DNA of 64,000 nt from Podarcis erhardii (lineage: Eukaryota), in assembly GCA_964252035.1 (NCBI GenBank), contig OZ176201.1. The stretch is one strand, 5' to 3'. A program made the position numbers and the translations under genes. Positions 14,147 to 26,853 of this stretch are shown piece by piece. The notes beneath the pieces were generated by a model. That model was not told the DNA's origin. It ran no database searches and saw only the letters and a list, made by a program, of their open reading frames with translations. The stretch's first letter is position 1. Every line of letters starts with the position of its first letter.

Positions 14147-14274
14147 ATATTAAACCTTCCAATATTCTTCTGGACAGAAACGGAAATATTAAACTCTGTG
14201 ATTTCGGCATTAGTGGACAACTTGTAGACTCCATTGCCAAAACCAGAGATGCTGGCTGCCGGCCCTACATGGCA
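14147..14274 (+). CDS. MAP2K4: MAP2K4 coding exon 7 (128 nt; [43 protein letters not shown])
   Basis: ttgcAG acceptor, GTaagt donor at 14275; DFG motif and SIAKT activation-loop phospho-sites. Confidence 0.98.
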
Positions 14275-15825
14275 GTAAGTGGGATTTGAAAACTTATATG
14301 TGATGGGTGAGGTGCGAATAGAAATGGAATCCTTTCTTTTACTTGCTCTGTTGTAAAGGCAGAAGGTAAATATTTTGTACATGAATGGCTGAGGTTGAAA
14401 TCATTCTTCAGCTTCACAAGCTAAAACTTAGATGAAGTTAGCTTGATGTGAGGCTTCTCCAGCTTAATCTTAGTACATTACATCACTGCACACCCAAGGT
14501 GTGAACAGCTTTTCTTGCAGTAATCAAATCTCTTTCATGCTTTAGTAACCTGGTCCCTCTATTGGTGAAGGTATTGGAAGCATCCATTTTCTATGTGTTT
14601 GCATTTAGATGGTCATTTGTAGGAGGAATCTATAATGAGCTAGTAAAACCCTGTGGCTCCTACCAGAGCTTTTCCTGGGAAGAAGAGGCTCGGGAATAGA
14701 GTGAGGACATTTTGGGCCGTGATGGTTACCATACAAAGGTGCAGGGAAACGGGGAACATACAGTTCAGTGAAATTCCTTTTGAGTAAATTAAGTCTGAGA
14801 ATTACTTAGTAACATTCTGATGAGGATGTTGGTGCCTTGTGGTAGCACGGATCAATAAAATACAGCTTTAGTTCCCGAATGTGGCAGAATAATTGACTAG
14901 TCTAAGAGGGATGCCCCCTATTGCCATTTAAATAACAGACAGATGGTTACACAAGATTTCCAAAAATACAGATCAGATTCTTTTGCCATTTGTTCTTAGT
15001 TGGATGTGTTAGTTTTTTTAAGGAGAAGTTATGCCAGATTCAAAGCCACAGATAACAGGGAAACAAAGCATATTCTTTCAGAAATACTGGCACCAGCCAA
15101 GTGAGACTAATACACTTGAGTTGTGACATTAATAGCAGGTGCTTTTGCCAAGCAGAACCAGACTGGACAAAAGTGCTGCAAAAGATTGAATGGTTCAGTA
15201 CAATCTTAACAATACAACATCATAAAATGCACAAATAAAATAAGAGGGTAATTTTATATAGAATAATATCTAGACTTTAGGCACCTGAAACATTGAAATA
15301 CGTTTAATACTTCACCGTGATGAAACTTGTATATAATAATTGTCCATGGCTTCCAAGCGGGAACCATGGGATCTAATTATCCTGAGAAGACTCATATTAA
15401 GGGCTTTCAGTTCAGACTCCAGATTCAGTACTTTGGAAAACAGTCCGCCTCAGTCAAAGATGCTTAAGGGGCTGCCTAATTTGGCTCAGTGTTTATCCAA
15501 GTCCAATTCCTTCCTACCCCTTCACTAGTGAGAAATCAAAAATTTCAGAAGGATAGCTGCAGTGATTTCCCCTCAAGGCCAGTCTTTGCAGTTTTGGGGT
15601 GGGTAAAAAAGGAATCTCTTAAATCTCCCCTAATGTTTGCTTCATTTGCATAATTCATACCTTGTTGCAGGATTCTGATTTGCTTTAAATAGAGTACATG
15701 CAGCCCTGCATTAGGATTAGGATCATGGAAGGGACAGTTGGTGTTAAATGAATCCTTCTCCATATCCCACTTCAGTAAATTCTTGTCTTTTTCTTATATA
15801 ACTGATATTCTTCCTCTAATTTCAG

Positions 15826-15903
15826 CCGGAGAGGATAGACCCCAGTGCATCCAGGCAAGGATATGATGTCCGCTCTGATGTCTGGAGCTTAGGGATTACA
15901 TTG
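15826..15903 (+). CDS. MAP2K4: MAP2K4 coding exon 8 (78 nt; PERIDPSASRQGYDVRSDVWSLGITL)
   Basis: tttcAG acceptor, GTaagt donor at 15904; APE and DVWSLG motifs. Confidence 0.98.
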
Positions 15904-16525
15904 GTAAGTGAGAAATGCTAAGGGCTTTGCATGCTGCTGGAGATAAAACCCTAAAGCAGCTTGTGAAGCAGCTTTAGGAGAAGTAAAAGCTAAACTGGCA
16001 TTACTCTTGTGAACATGTACGCTGTGATAGGGCCTGCATTGCCTCCCTGAATAACAGACCTGGCTCAGCTTTCCTCTGCTACGCAGTTTGGCTTCCGTGG
16101 CTACTTTTTATCAGCAGTGACTTTACTCTGTTACTAGGGGGCAGCAATGCATGCTAAACCTCAAAAGAACCATGCTTTAAGCTAGGAAATCTGTTCCTTG
16201 CTGCCCCTTTAGAGCCAATGTACGCCCAGCCTTCCTAGGTTTGGACCACTGAAGAAAGCAAACTTAGTAGGAGTGGAGAAGAGTGTATTGAAGCAGAAAG
16301 GTAGAAACCAAGGGTTCGGTCTAATCAGAGACAATTCCAGATTCGAAGGGGCTGGTACCCTCTCTGGGCACATACACCCTTAGCATTAGCCTAGTAGTCA
16401 CCCCCAAAGTGGAGCTGACTAGGGGTGGGGACAGGTGGCAATGGTATCGAAGGGGGAAACCAGGAACTCCAGCTACCACCTCCTGCAGTTCCCTGGAATG
16501 CCTCTGGGCCCTGCCCTAGCATGTA

Positions 16526-16767
16526 CAGTGGACGCTCGGGTTGCGAATGTGATCCATGCGGGAAGCATGTTCGCAACCCGCAGCATCCGCAACCCGCAGC
16601 ACCGCATCTGCACACGGTGCAAGTTGCAATTTGGCGCTTCTGCACATGTGCAAAGCGCGATTTAGTGCTTCTGCGCAAGCACTGAAAACCAGAAGTAACC
16701 TGTTTTGGTACTTCCAGTTTTGGCGCAGTGCATAACCCAAAGCTTCTGTAACCCGAGGTATGACTAG
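16526..16767. mobile_element. Tigger-like MITE with imperfect TIRs
   Basis: TA-CAGTGGACGCTCGGGTTG ... AACCCGAGGTATGACT-(A)G-TA; CpG-rich core. Confidence 0.75.
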
Positions 16768-17506
16768 TATGTTTATGAGGAATGGGTAGACATTGTTTCC
16801 ACTGCTTTTTTTATGGGAAGCTTGAGGTCCGTCAACCAGAGACAAATGCAAAATAGGGGCTTGGGTTAATGCAGAACACACACACACTATTATTTCATGT
16901 GTTTTAAAGGTCAAGTGCTTGCCTGCTGTTTTGTGAACATTTTAAATTTAATTGAAGCAGCTGGTAAGTTGCCCACTCTGTCTCCCCAGCAATTGCCTGC
17001 ACCCCTCGTATGATTCTTCTTCTTTTTAACAAAAGAAGTGGAAAGCATTGCAGCTCTTCTACAGCAGCAAGATAGAATTTCTCCCCTATCTGTGGAAAGC
17101 AGACTTGTGGGCTTTTCACAAATGGTAAAGTGTGTTTAAGGGGCTCTTCATCTGAATACATCCAGCTGCAAAGACAAGGAAAAAAAGAATGTTTGTGGGG
17201 AGCAGGGGGGATTAGGATGCAGAGGGTTGAGCTCTTTTAAGTTGCTACTATGTCTGGGAATCTCTTTTGAGTACCGGAACTATTATTTCTCAGGTACAAG
17301 CCATCTCCTGCTTTCCCCCAAGCTTTCTTGATTTCAGCTGGCTAATTTGGGAGGGTTGCTATTGTTAAATCATAAGGAGTTGGAAACCTTGCACAGAGCT
17401 TCTGCTGGTGGGGCTTGTTTGGAGAATCCTCGTTCTCAGCCTCCTGCCCCCATGAACTTTACAATGGCTAATCTAGCCCATGTTGTTCCTTTTCCTTTCG
17501 GTGTAG

Positions 17507-17655
17507 TATGAACTGGCCACAGGACGGTTCCCCTATCCCAAATGGAATAGTGTATTTGATCAACTGACACAAGTAGTCAAAGGAGACCCACCACAGCTGA
17601 GTAACTCAGAGGAACGGGAGTTCTCCCAAAGTTTTATCAACTTTGTCAACTTGTG
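17507..17655 (+). CDS. MAP2K4: MAP2K4 coding exon 9 (149 nt; YELATGRFPYPKWNSVFDQLTQVVKGDPPQLSNSEEREFSQSFINFVNL-C)
   Basis: gtgtAG acceptor, GTgagt donor at 17656. Confidence 0.98.
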
Positions 17656-19526
17656 GTGAGTATGCCTCGCTCTGGGGCTCTTCAGGGCATTAGTTAGTGG
17701 TTCTGGCTCAGGCTTCCAACTCTGTCCCTCAGCAACTTGCATGTGGCAGCAACATCCAAGAGTATTCATGTTGCTGGAAATGGTGCATTTTCCCTCCACT
17801 GAGGATGAAAGTGGGTTGGGTGGAGAAAGCTGCAGTATGAAGAGCCACTTGCAAGCCTTAAATTAATGCCACATTTCCTGCATGTGTGATGGAAGTGGTG
17901 GCTTGGAGAGATTTAGACATGTCCTTCCCTAGTTGAGTTGCCACTCAACGTGAAGGCAACGCAGATCTTCCTTACTGACTTCTCACACTTGACAAATAGC
18001 ACTGGGATGGTAGGGAGGCCTTTCCTCAGGCTGTGTCTGTAGCAAGACCTTTTGTAGCCCCTAATTACATCTTGGAGATCCGTTTGTTGTTGCCTCCTCA
18101 ATATATGATAGAGGGAGCAGTGATTGCATCAAATAGAGTGCACACTGTAAACTGCAGAATATATCTTTGTAGTGCCTCCTGCTGGGAGTTTGCCTACCTG
18201 CAGATTTGTAGCTGTGATATTTTAAATGAATGTTGATAAGCTGTGTTTGCCTCATTGCAGCACAATTATTACATTGTCCTGTGGATAAAATGAAGTGGAT
18301 CTGAGTCGGTTGCTCTTGTTACATTTAGCACACCAGAATGGGCTCAGGAAGCGTTATGTGAGCAACTTAACATCGTTTAGTATATTAGTCTACATCAGTG
18401 GTGATTTGGAGCCTTGCAGGAGCTAGAATAGTTAAAGATACCTTTAAGATGAAACAATTGCTTTTGAGGCTATAATCACACAAAAGAGAAAGCGGAGGAG
18501 TGGTATTTAAAGGAGAATGATCAATGTACATTTTACAAACTGATTAAAGTAAGACAGTCGCTTCAAATTCACTACAGTGTTGATGTGCTGCCACCTGTTG
18601 GTTTGACATTTTTCTGCAGTGTTTTTAAAATGCAGTTAATTAGCCTCTTGAGCTGATTTCTTAGAGGCAAATGGGCAGGACCAGACTGTCTTTAGTTCAG
18701 TGATGTGCTTTCCTCCTTAGAAAGGTAGGGAGCAGGTTTTGTGTTAAGTAGACAAGGCCCTTGAAAAGCAACTGTGGCATTTTCCTCTCTGCTGAGCTCT
18801 CTATATTCATTTATGGCTGGTTATGGTAGTGCAAGAAGGATCTTTTTTAAGAATCCCCCTGTGTTTGTTTATGAAGGGTTAATTTCATGCTGCACAGGTC
18901 TTGAGAAAGAAGGAAAAGGAAACTTCCCTGATGCCAGGAAGTTGTTGAAAGGCTGTGTACTTCCTGCATTCAGAATTTTAAAACAATGGAGTGAGAGACG
19001 TACTGATAGGTTGCAGACTTCAGAGTGCTTCTGGTTATATTGCAGCATTTTCTTGGTTACCTGCAGACCAAGAACAGTCCTGGGATTCCCAATATCTACA
19101 ACATACTCTGAGCCTAATAGGCAGTACAAAGGTGAAAATACAGTGTCCAGGGCTTCTGCATAGTTTGGTAGAAAGAGGAATTTCAATAGTGCATCTTGTC
19201 TTGTGTGGCTCATCTGCTGAAATTCCCAGTCCTATACAGCTTGCAGAAGCCCTGTCCTCTTTTTAACATTTATTTCTTTACCTGACTGCCCTGGGTGAAA
19301 GAGAAGGCAGGTCACTATCACTGTATGAGTTGGTTTTATAGCCACAGCCTTTGGACAGAGAGGTGACTTAAATGACCATTAATGATGATCATCATCCATA
19401 TAGGTGCATTCATGCGATAGAATTGCAGACTCTGACAATGTGCAGTGTCTTATCTGCCCAACACTTATTTTCAGATGTTTTTCTGCTAATGTTCTGTCAC
19501 CCTAATCCTCTTACTGATCTTTTTAG

Positions 19527-19572
19527 CCTTACAAAGGACGAGTCCAAAAGGCCAAAGTATAAGGAGCTTCTG
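19527..19572 (+). CDS. MAP2K4: MAP2K4 coding exon 10 (46 nt; C-LTKDESKRPKYKELL)
   Basis: ttttAG acceptor, GTgagt donor at 19573. Confidence 0.97.
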
Positions 19573-19660
19573 GTGAGTATGATGGGATATGTGAATGCAT
19601 GAGACTAGAACTGGCTAAGACTTTAAGGACTTTAAAGACTTTTAACTCTTTTGAAGCTTG

Positions 19661-19661
<1 letters not shown>

Positions 19662-19701
<40 letters not shown>

Positions 19702-19752
19702 CCCCACCCATCTGACTGGGTTGCCCCAGCCACTCTGGGCAGCTTCCAACAG
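19662..19752 (-). repeat. (TAT)n microsatellite attached to a LINE-like 3' end
   Basis: About 13 TAT units followed by accccacccatctgactgggttgccccagccactctgggc. Confidence 0.65.
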
Positions 19753-20265
19753 ATATTATTGGGCATTCTGTAGCAGCACCCATTGCTATTCCCATTTTGT
19801 GAGATATGAGCTGCATTCTACCTGTTTAGTGCAAACAGTGAGACTGGGCTTGCTATTTTGTCTTTTGCTGTGGTGAGCAATGAAGCAAGCCCACATTTAG
19901 TTCATTCAGGGGTTGTGTTGTGTATCTAGAGAATTAAAGTTTTTTTGCAATTGCACAACATATTTAATTGGTATAATTAAAATTTGATTTTGGGATTTGT
20001 CTGCTTCACCAATTATCCATTTCCTCCCAAACGTAAGGCCAAGGGATGTACTGTACCCCACCTGCCTTCTCTGTGTGTATATGCCCATGTTGATGCTTGG
20101 AGCCCTTCTACTGAATCTTGTGAGCTGGTACCTCAGCGCAGCAACTTATAACACCTGTTAAGTGTTAAGTTGCATGGAAGTACCTTTGGGAGCTCACACG
20201 TCTTCTGGAGGCACCTTCTGTGCTCCAAAAGTGAGACTATATTTTGTTCCCTTCTCTTCTACCAG

Positions 20266-20379
20266 AAACATCCCTTCATCCTAATGTATGAGGAGCGAAC
20301 AGTGGACGTTGCGTGCTATGTTTGTAAAATCCTGGATCAAATGCCAACGACTCCGAGCTCTCCAATGTATGTCGATTGA
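20266..20379 (+). CDS. MAP2K4: MAP2K4 last coding exon 11 (114 nt; KHPFILMYEERTVDVACYVCKILDQMPTTPSSPMYVD*)
   Basis: taccAG acceptor, TGA at 20377-20379; C-terminal DVD docking region; exons 3-11 total 982 nt in one frame. Confidence 0.98.
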   Translation, partial: KHPFILMYEERTVDVACYVCKILDQMPTTPSSPMYVD

Positions 20380-22805
20380 TACTGCTGCTACATCAAAACT
20401 CTAGTGCAAATGCTGAGAAAAAGCAAGATGTACAGAATCTCCACCCCGTATTGCAGTGTTTTAACGCTCGCCCAGACACCATGTGCAATAATGTTGGTGT
20501 TTTTCTTCCATTCTGTCTGTATATTATTGTCACTTATAAAGTGCATCCATGTAATAATACCTGATCACAGTGTTAGTGTCAGTCAAAGAGAGACCTCATT
20601 TTGCTCTTTTTGTGGACATATTCATAAAACATGGAAATAAGTAACATTTTATTTGTTGACCATGATTGGATAGCACCTAAAGTTAATTTCTAGACTCAGA
20701 GACTTCTCAGCAGCTACTGGAATGATTTTATTCTCTCAAACTCTTCCAATTGTTACAGATAATATAAAAGAAAGGAAGTTAGGCATTGGCCTATCTGATT
20801 CTGAACATAAACTGCTTGGGGAGAAAGAAACTTTTATGCAGCCAAATGAGCTACTTTTACCTTCTGAAGCCAACAAAGGCAAAGAGGGGATAATATATAA
20901 ATATATATATAAATATATTTCTTCACAAAGTGCAATAGATTAATTGATTTGAAATTCTGTTGCTTTTCAGTCACAGTATGTTTTGAAGACAATTGTGGCT
21001 CAGCAGAACTTCATATTTCGGAGGGAGAAAGAAGTGATAATGTAAAATGGACTATGTCTTTACCAAAAAATAAAAATAAAAATGCATTGCATTGCATTGA
21101 AAGGAGCTAACAATTAAACTCATGAGAGTATGAGTTTGAACTCATGGAGAATAATGTATTGTTTCATTTTCCAAGCAAGCCACTCTTCAGTAGAACTAGG
21201 TGTCCTGTAAATTGTTACCTGGTGAGATAAGACTTTTACCTGAGGAATTATTAAACTACTCAGTTGAATTTAACTGGCTTGTGACCCCTGATTTCCAACT
21301 CATGGCTAAACTTTCACCATTGAAAGGGTATGGGACAGGTCGCAGTTGTGAAGAGCTATTTTACATTGTTAATAATTATTTGTAATTTATCTCCATCAAA
21401 CTTTTCATGTTTTCCAGTTGCATAGAAACTTCCCACAGAGCTCCAGGTATGACTTGGATTTCTGATATTAACCATCAGATCAAATAAGCTCCCCATATCC
21501 CCATCAGTTGGATAGTTGGGCTTCCAAAATCATTACAAAGAGGATGCTAAATATGTTTGCTTTCATTTTGTGGATGAATTCGTTTATTAGAAGAATTTCC
21601 TAACACAACGGTAACTAAGAGAACTGGAATGTTAAGTTCTTAAATGCATGTGACAGAAAAAAGGAAACCCAGAGGTTATATTGCCAGACCGGGGGGTGGG
21701 GTGGGGGAGCCCTTTAAACAATTATATTGTCATCTCAACTGCATCCAGTATGATCTTATCTTCTAAGTCACAAGGGGAAGGAAGTGGTGTTTTTTAAAAT
21801 CCAAAGTTATTTGTAATCTCAGTAACTGTCACTATTTAACATGTAATACTAGAATTGTAAGGGAATTAAGCTTTACCATTGAGTGGGTCAGCGATAACAA
21901 GACCCTGTTACTATAACCAGTTAACTTAATTTTCTCTAGTATACCAGCTGATTAATAGGATTTGGGGGCAAAAACTTGGTCAACACCATAAGAGATAATG
22001 TATTGAAATGGGAACCAGTTGGGACCAGGGCTATTCCAAGACATTTTGCTGCCTGAGGCAAATGACAAGTGCAGAAGCTGACCAAACTGCCAGGTAAGCA
22101 CCCACCACCTGAGCGGCTGTTTCACTTGCCCAATGGTAGGGAAAGTCCCTGGTTGGGACTGTTTTAATGTAGTAATTATTTATTGTAATCCACTCAGGTG
22201 GAAGATTTTCAACCTCATCCAGATGTTCCCAAACTCTATATGCATATCTCCTGGCTTTTCCTCTTTGTGCCTGCTGGAAATTGAATAGTAATTAGAGCCC
22301 CCTTCATTTTGCATTCTATTCTCACGTACGTTAGCAGCGCATTTCCATTCGGTCAACCGCAAATGGAGGTAGCTCCTATTCAGGCTCAGTGGATGTCTGA
22401 GAGAAACTGACTGTTCTAGCATATTAATCATAGATTGATATATTAAGGGTGCAACATTTATATTACAGTATATGTTTATAAAGATGTATAGTGTTCAGAA
22501 GCTGTGAAAATAGTGTAAGAACTGTACATTGTGAGCTCTGGTTTAATTTTTTTCTTGTACCATAGAAAAAAATGTAAAGTTTATTGAGAAGCTGATGTGC
22601 AGGGGATATTGCCTTATTGTCTGTAAGTAAAATGGAGTTTGACAACATGATAGCTTCTAAGAGCTTCCAACTATTTTATCCTCTCCTGGTTTGACATCCT
22701 CTTCTATTTAAAATACTTTACATGGAATCAAAGTGTTAATGTAATAGGTTCTCCCCCACCCCCCGCCTGCAGGTCAGTTGTAATAAATCAAGGATCTGAA
22801 TATGA
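20380..22805 (+). other. MAP2K4: MAP2K4 3'UTR (about 2.4 kb, end inferred)
   Basis: Follows the stop codon; blocks at about 20380-20970 and 22420-22800 resemble the human MAP2K4 3'UTR as recalled; ends near AATAAA 22782. Confidence 0.75.
22782..22787 (+). terminator. MAP2K4: MAP2K4 polyadenylation signal AATAAA (second AATAAA at 22842-22847)
   Basis: Context gcctgcaggtcagttgtAATAAAtc matches the recalled end of the human UTR. Confidence 0.7.
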
Positions 22806-24054
22806 TCTTGCTATAAGGTCAGACATGATGATGGGGAAATCAATAAATGCAAAATGAAATTTAAAAATGCCATCTTTCTCTGGCCAAGTTTTCCTATTTA
22901 TTGATGTTTGCAAGAAGGACCAAAAGGGATGGTGGGACTTTGAGGGGGTGCCCCTGAAATACAAGAGGCTCAGCTGATCCTGACCATTGTTTGACCTTTA
23001 AACAATTTTTTTACTCCCCTGAACAAATTACTTTGTTTCCTGTCTATGCATTTTACACAGTGGTACCCCCATGCTGACTGCAAGCTTTTTAATCTAGCAG
23101 AGCTTCCATCAGTAGAATGGGGAGGGGTGTGCTTTTTGTTATTCCCCCACAGTCTCCTATGCCATCTCACGCACTGTTCTGAAGAGTTCCTCCAACCCTA
23201 TGGAGTATGTTTTGGGGGACTTCAGGTTGGAAGGAGGAATTGCCAAAAATTGCCTCTCACCCCATTCTGCTGCTGGAAGCCTTTGCTGGATCAAAGAGCT
23301 TTCTTCCAGCATATGGGAGAAATCATTGGATAATATTTTTCATCTTTAGCTACTACTGTATTTGAGGTCTGACATTACCACATGAATGACCCAGTTACTT
23401 GGGTCATGCATGGCGTATAACACTTGTGCATCCTAGATTTGAATTTGCCTTTTGGGCAACAGCATCACGTTGCTGGTTTATGTTATATTTGTAATTTAAC
23501 ACAAAATATATTTCTCATCAGTAGCCCTGCCCAACAAGGTAGCTGCCATTTGGGACTTTTGTTTCTTGCTCCATCTGTTTTGTATTTTTATGTTACTGGT
23601 TTCAATAAATTCATTGAAATCATTTTGAACTAAATTCTCATACGTTCTCCAGACCATTACCAGCCTCTTCCATTTCTATCATTTGGGGTGGGTGGGGGGA
23701 GGCATTTTTTTAAAAAAATGATTTTATTTTGTAGACCAGAGGGGGAAATTGCATTTTTCACTTCTCCTTTAGCAGTTAAATGACAAGAAGCTGTGATATG
23801 ACGTGTCTTTGAAGTTCACTGAACAAATTATTGACTTTCTGCCTAACTTTCTGCACATAGTGGCTTGTAAAGGTGAAATAAACTAGTCCAGGCTGGCCAG
23901 GCTTTATGGATAGAGCACTGAAGAAATCTTGGAATATCTACTATTGTTAAGCTTGCACATGACAAAATAACTGCAAAACAAGCTCTCAGTGTGACATCAC
24001 AGGGAGTCTTTTAATTAAGTACGGCAGTGCTGATCACAGAGGTAAGGCATTGTG

Positions 24055-24060
24055 TTTATT
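24055..24060 (-). terminator. MYOCD: Probable MYOCD polyadenylation signal (alternative at 23723-23728)
   Basis: Minus strand reads CACACTGTAAATAAACACAATG just after a (TA)n run, at the end of an AU-rich tract; a typical 3'-end context but not confirmed. Confidence 0.5.
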
Positions 24061-24070
24061 TACAGTGTGG

Positions 24071-24074
<4 letters not shown>

Positions 24075-24121
<47 letters not shown>
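24075..24121. repeat. (TA)n microsatellite
   Basis: About 23 perfect TA units. Confidence 0.95.
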
Positions 24122-24124
<3 letters not shown>

Positions 24125-26631
24125 ACAGCATCCCTTTAAATAAGGATAAAAAGCCCTGTACCGCATGGCAGTGTAGCACCTAAAACTAGTCTGTATTCAA
24201 GTGCTATTAAAAAGCCTCAATGGAATGACTTCTAACTTTTTGCATATTAAAATTAAGTAAAAGAAAACAAGCATGTGAAGGATTGTTCTATCCTACCAGT
24301 GCACTGTGTGAACATTTGTACAATAGAAAATTCATGCTTTAAATAGTGACCTTATTAAAAAAAACTTAACATTTTTTTATACAACATGCAGCAATATTAA
24401 AACCAGTTGTTCGTTCTTCCCCTACTTGACCTCAGAGGTTTAGTCACCCTAGTGAGGCTGGAGTTCTACACATATTGAGGTCTGCAGAGACAGCTCTCCT
24501 GGTCCAGGCTGTTCTTCAGCCAAGAAGACACACGAGGGCACGTAGTCCTTTTTGTACTGTCTTGATTTCCAACAACTCCTTCCAGTAACACAATATTAAA
24601 TACACTCATTTGGTAAATAATTTTGTAATTAGCTTTGGTTTGCAATACTTTTACACAGTTTCAGGAAATGGCCAGATCCGTCCAAAGCAGCCACAAACTG
24701 TTTCTTACACATGCCCTTCCATACTGTGCGACCTTTCTGAATTGCAGTGCACAGAGGTTTATAGAAGAAATAAAAACACTGATGAATTGGCCAGTACTGC
24801 AAAGTACCCAGCTAGCCAAGAAGAACAAGCTCCTCCTCTTTGGATGTGGATTCATAGCTGTTCTCTGGAAGACCTTGCATGGGATTTTCACTCTGCTCCC
24901 TGCACTACAGGTGAGGCTGGGCAGGAAATCCAGAAAAAAGCAATGGCTAAGGCAGGAAGATATTGTGGACTTGAGCATCCTGTGCAGTTATTTCTGTGTC
25001 ACAATACTGTAAATGGGAGCTTCTTTTCACAAGCCTTAGGCAATTAAAAGGTTGAATATGATGTCAATGAGGCTGCTGCTTGTGTAGTGTAGATCACAGA
25101 CAGGTGTGTTGAAGGAAAGGATGTCTTGAAAGAGGTGCAGCACCATGTGAAGGAGGCAGTAGAGGTTTATTTTTAAAGGCGATTCTTCTCACTGGTGTTG
25201 TGTGCATTGCAAGGTATCTGTTTGGTTCAGTTGACTGCTATTGTCTTGCTGTTCTGAGGTGCCATTCTGCTGTAGTAGAATGTGCTTTGTGATGCTGCAC
25301 GCTTCCATGCTAGGTGTTTTTGGCTGAATGCTTCACGCTTTCTGTGGGACATCAGCATGATGTCATCAAATTATTATCCTGTTTTTCCTTCTGTCTCTTC
25401 ATACCATTTTTAAAAGAGAACAACAGTACGATCCCCATAGCTGTAGATCACCATAGTACTATTCTATCCTTTTTGTGTGGATTTTATGTACACTCTGACA
25501 TACTGGGCAGGTGAACCTGTTGCTAGTCATCTACTTCAGCACACCATCCCTATTAGTTTTTCCATTTACGCAATTTTGTAAGTATGGCTTTTCAAAGCAT
25601 CTTTCTATTTGTGCTAGAACACTTTTGCCTATTTATTAGAACTGAAATAATCACACAATTGTACTTACATGAAAAACAATTTAACTCAAATTTTAAGAAT
25701 TGAAATTGCTTTAAAAATTGTTGTTTTCTTACCATTATCTTAATTTTAAAAGTGCTGTCTTTTTTAAGAAGCCATAAAAGTAAACCATATAATAGAACTT
25801 TTAAAAAGTGGTTTGTTGTAAATTAAAGGATTAATTTGGCTTTTTTTAGAATGGTCCCTTTCCCACTTCCATGCCTATGTCATGTCATGTCATGTCTAGT
25901 GGTGCAGATTACACATAAAACAAGTATGGAGTGTGGAAAGTTTTTCTGTATGGAAAAGACTTTATGGAGAGTAATGATTGTGCACAACTAAGAGTTGCCA
26001 ATTTGGAAGTACCTATATAAGTACCTGCCCTCCCCTTTCAACATATGTCTCACCACCTGCTTAAGTTGTATTAATTTATAGCACCAATATATAGTTCAAG
26101 CAAAGTTTCACTCAAGGGCCATAAAGATCATAGCAGACTATTGTTTTAAAGGCTTATTCACCTGCTTAACTAGTATTTTGAAGCATGGTGCACCTTTGAC
26201 AGCAGCTGCCATTTTCAGATTTGGTTGCAACAGGAAGCAGAAGTGATTTTGTTTTTAAAAAATAAATTAATAAATCCTGACATATAGGGACCGGTTTAGT
26301 TAAAATACGCTTTCCATCACTGTAGATACAGTAGTGTAATTTGTTTTAAACTACCACCTAGCTTTGAGCCAAGTAGGATACATTTTAAGTGCCGTTGGGA
26401 CTTTTGCTTCTACATTTCTTTTGTCAGTCTCATAACTAGACTCAAGATTTAGCCCCCAGTCAACTATCTGCTTCCTCGGCCCAACCACTCAGCATTTGGT
26501 CTATAGGCAAAAGTAAAACTGAGGGGAATGTAAAGGGTTTTGAACTTGCTAGAATGAAAGATAAGAAGGTATGTGCAAGAAGACAAACGGTAAGCTCACT
26601 GGGCATTAAGGAAATTATTAATAATCATTTA

Positions 26632-26853
26632 CAGTCATACCTTGGGTTGAATGCGCTTCAGGTTGAGCGTGTTCAAGTTGCGCTCCGCGGCAACCCGGAA
26701 GTAACGGAGCGTGTTACTTCCAAGTTTCGCCGTTTGCGCATGCACAGACGCTCAAAATGATGTCATGCGCAGACGTGCCATCGCTAGTTACATTTGCTTC
26801 TAGATGCAAACGGGGCTCCGGAACAGATCCCGTTCAAATCTAGAGGTACCACT
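26632..26853. mobile_element. Tigger-like MITE in the MYOCD 3'UTR region
   Basis: TA-CAGTCATACCTTGGGTTG ... CTAGAGGTACCACTG-TA; related to the 16526 element. Confidence 0.75.

Noticed and set aside
14816-14826. CTGATGA hammerhead-core-like words (about 14817 and 63346)
   Set aside because: No stem II followed by GAAA and a UH site in register; chance 7-mers.
24610-25047. Three overlapping ORFs of 105-145 aa
   Set aside because: Within the inferred MYOCD 3'UTR, start at alternative codons and have no homology cues.
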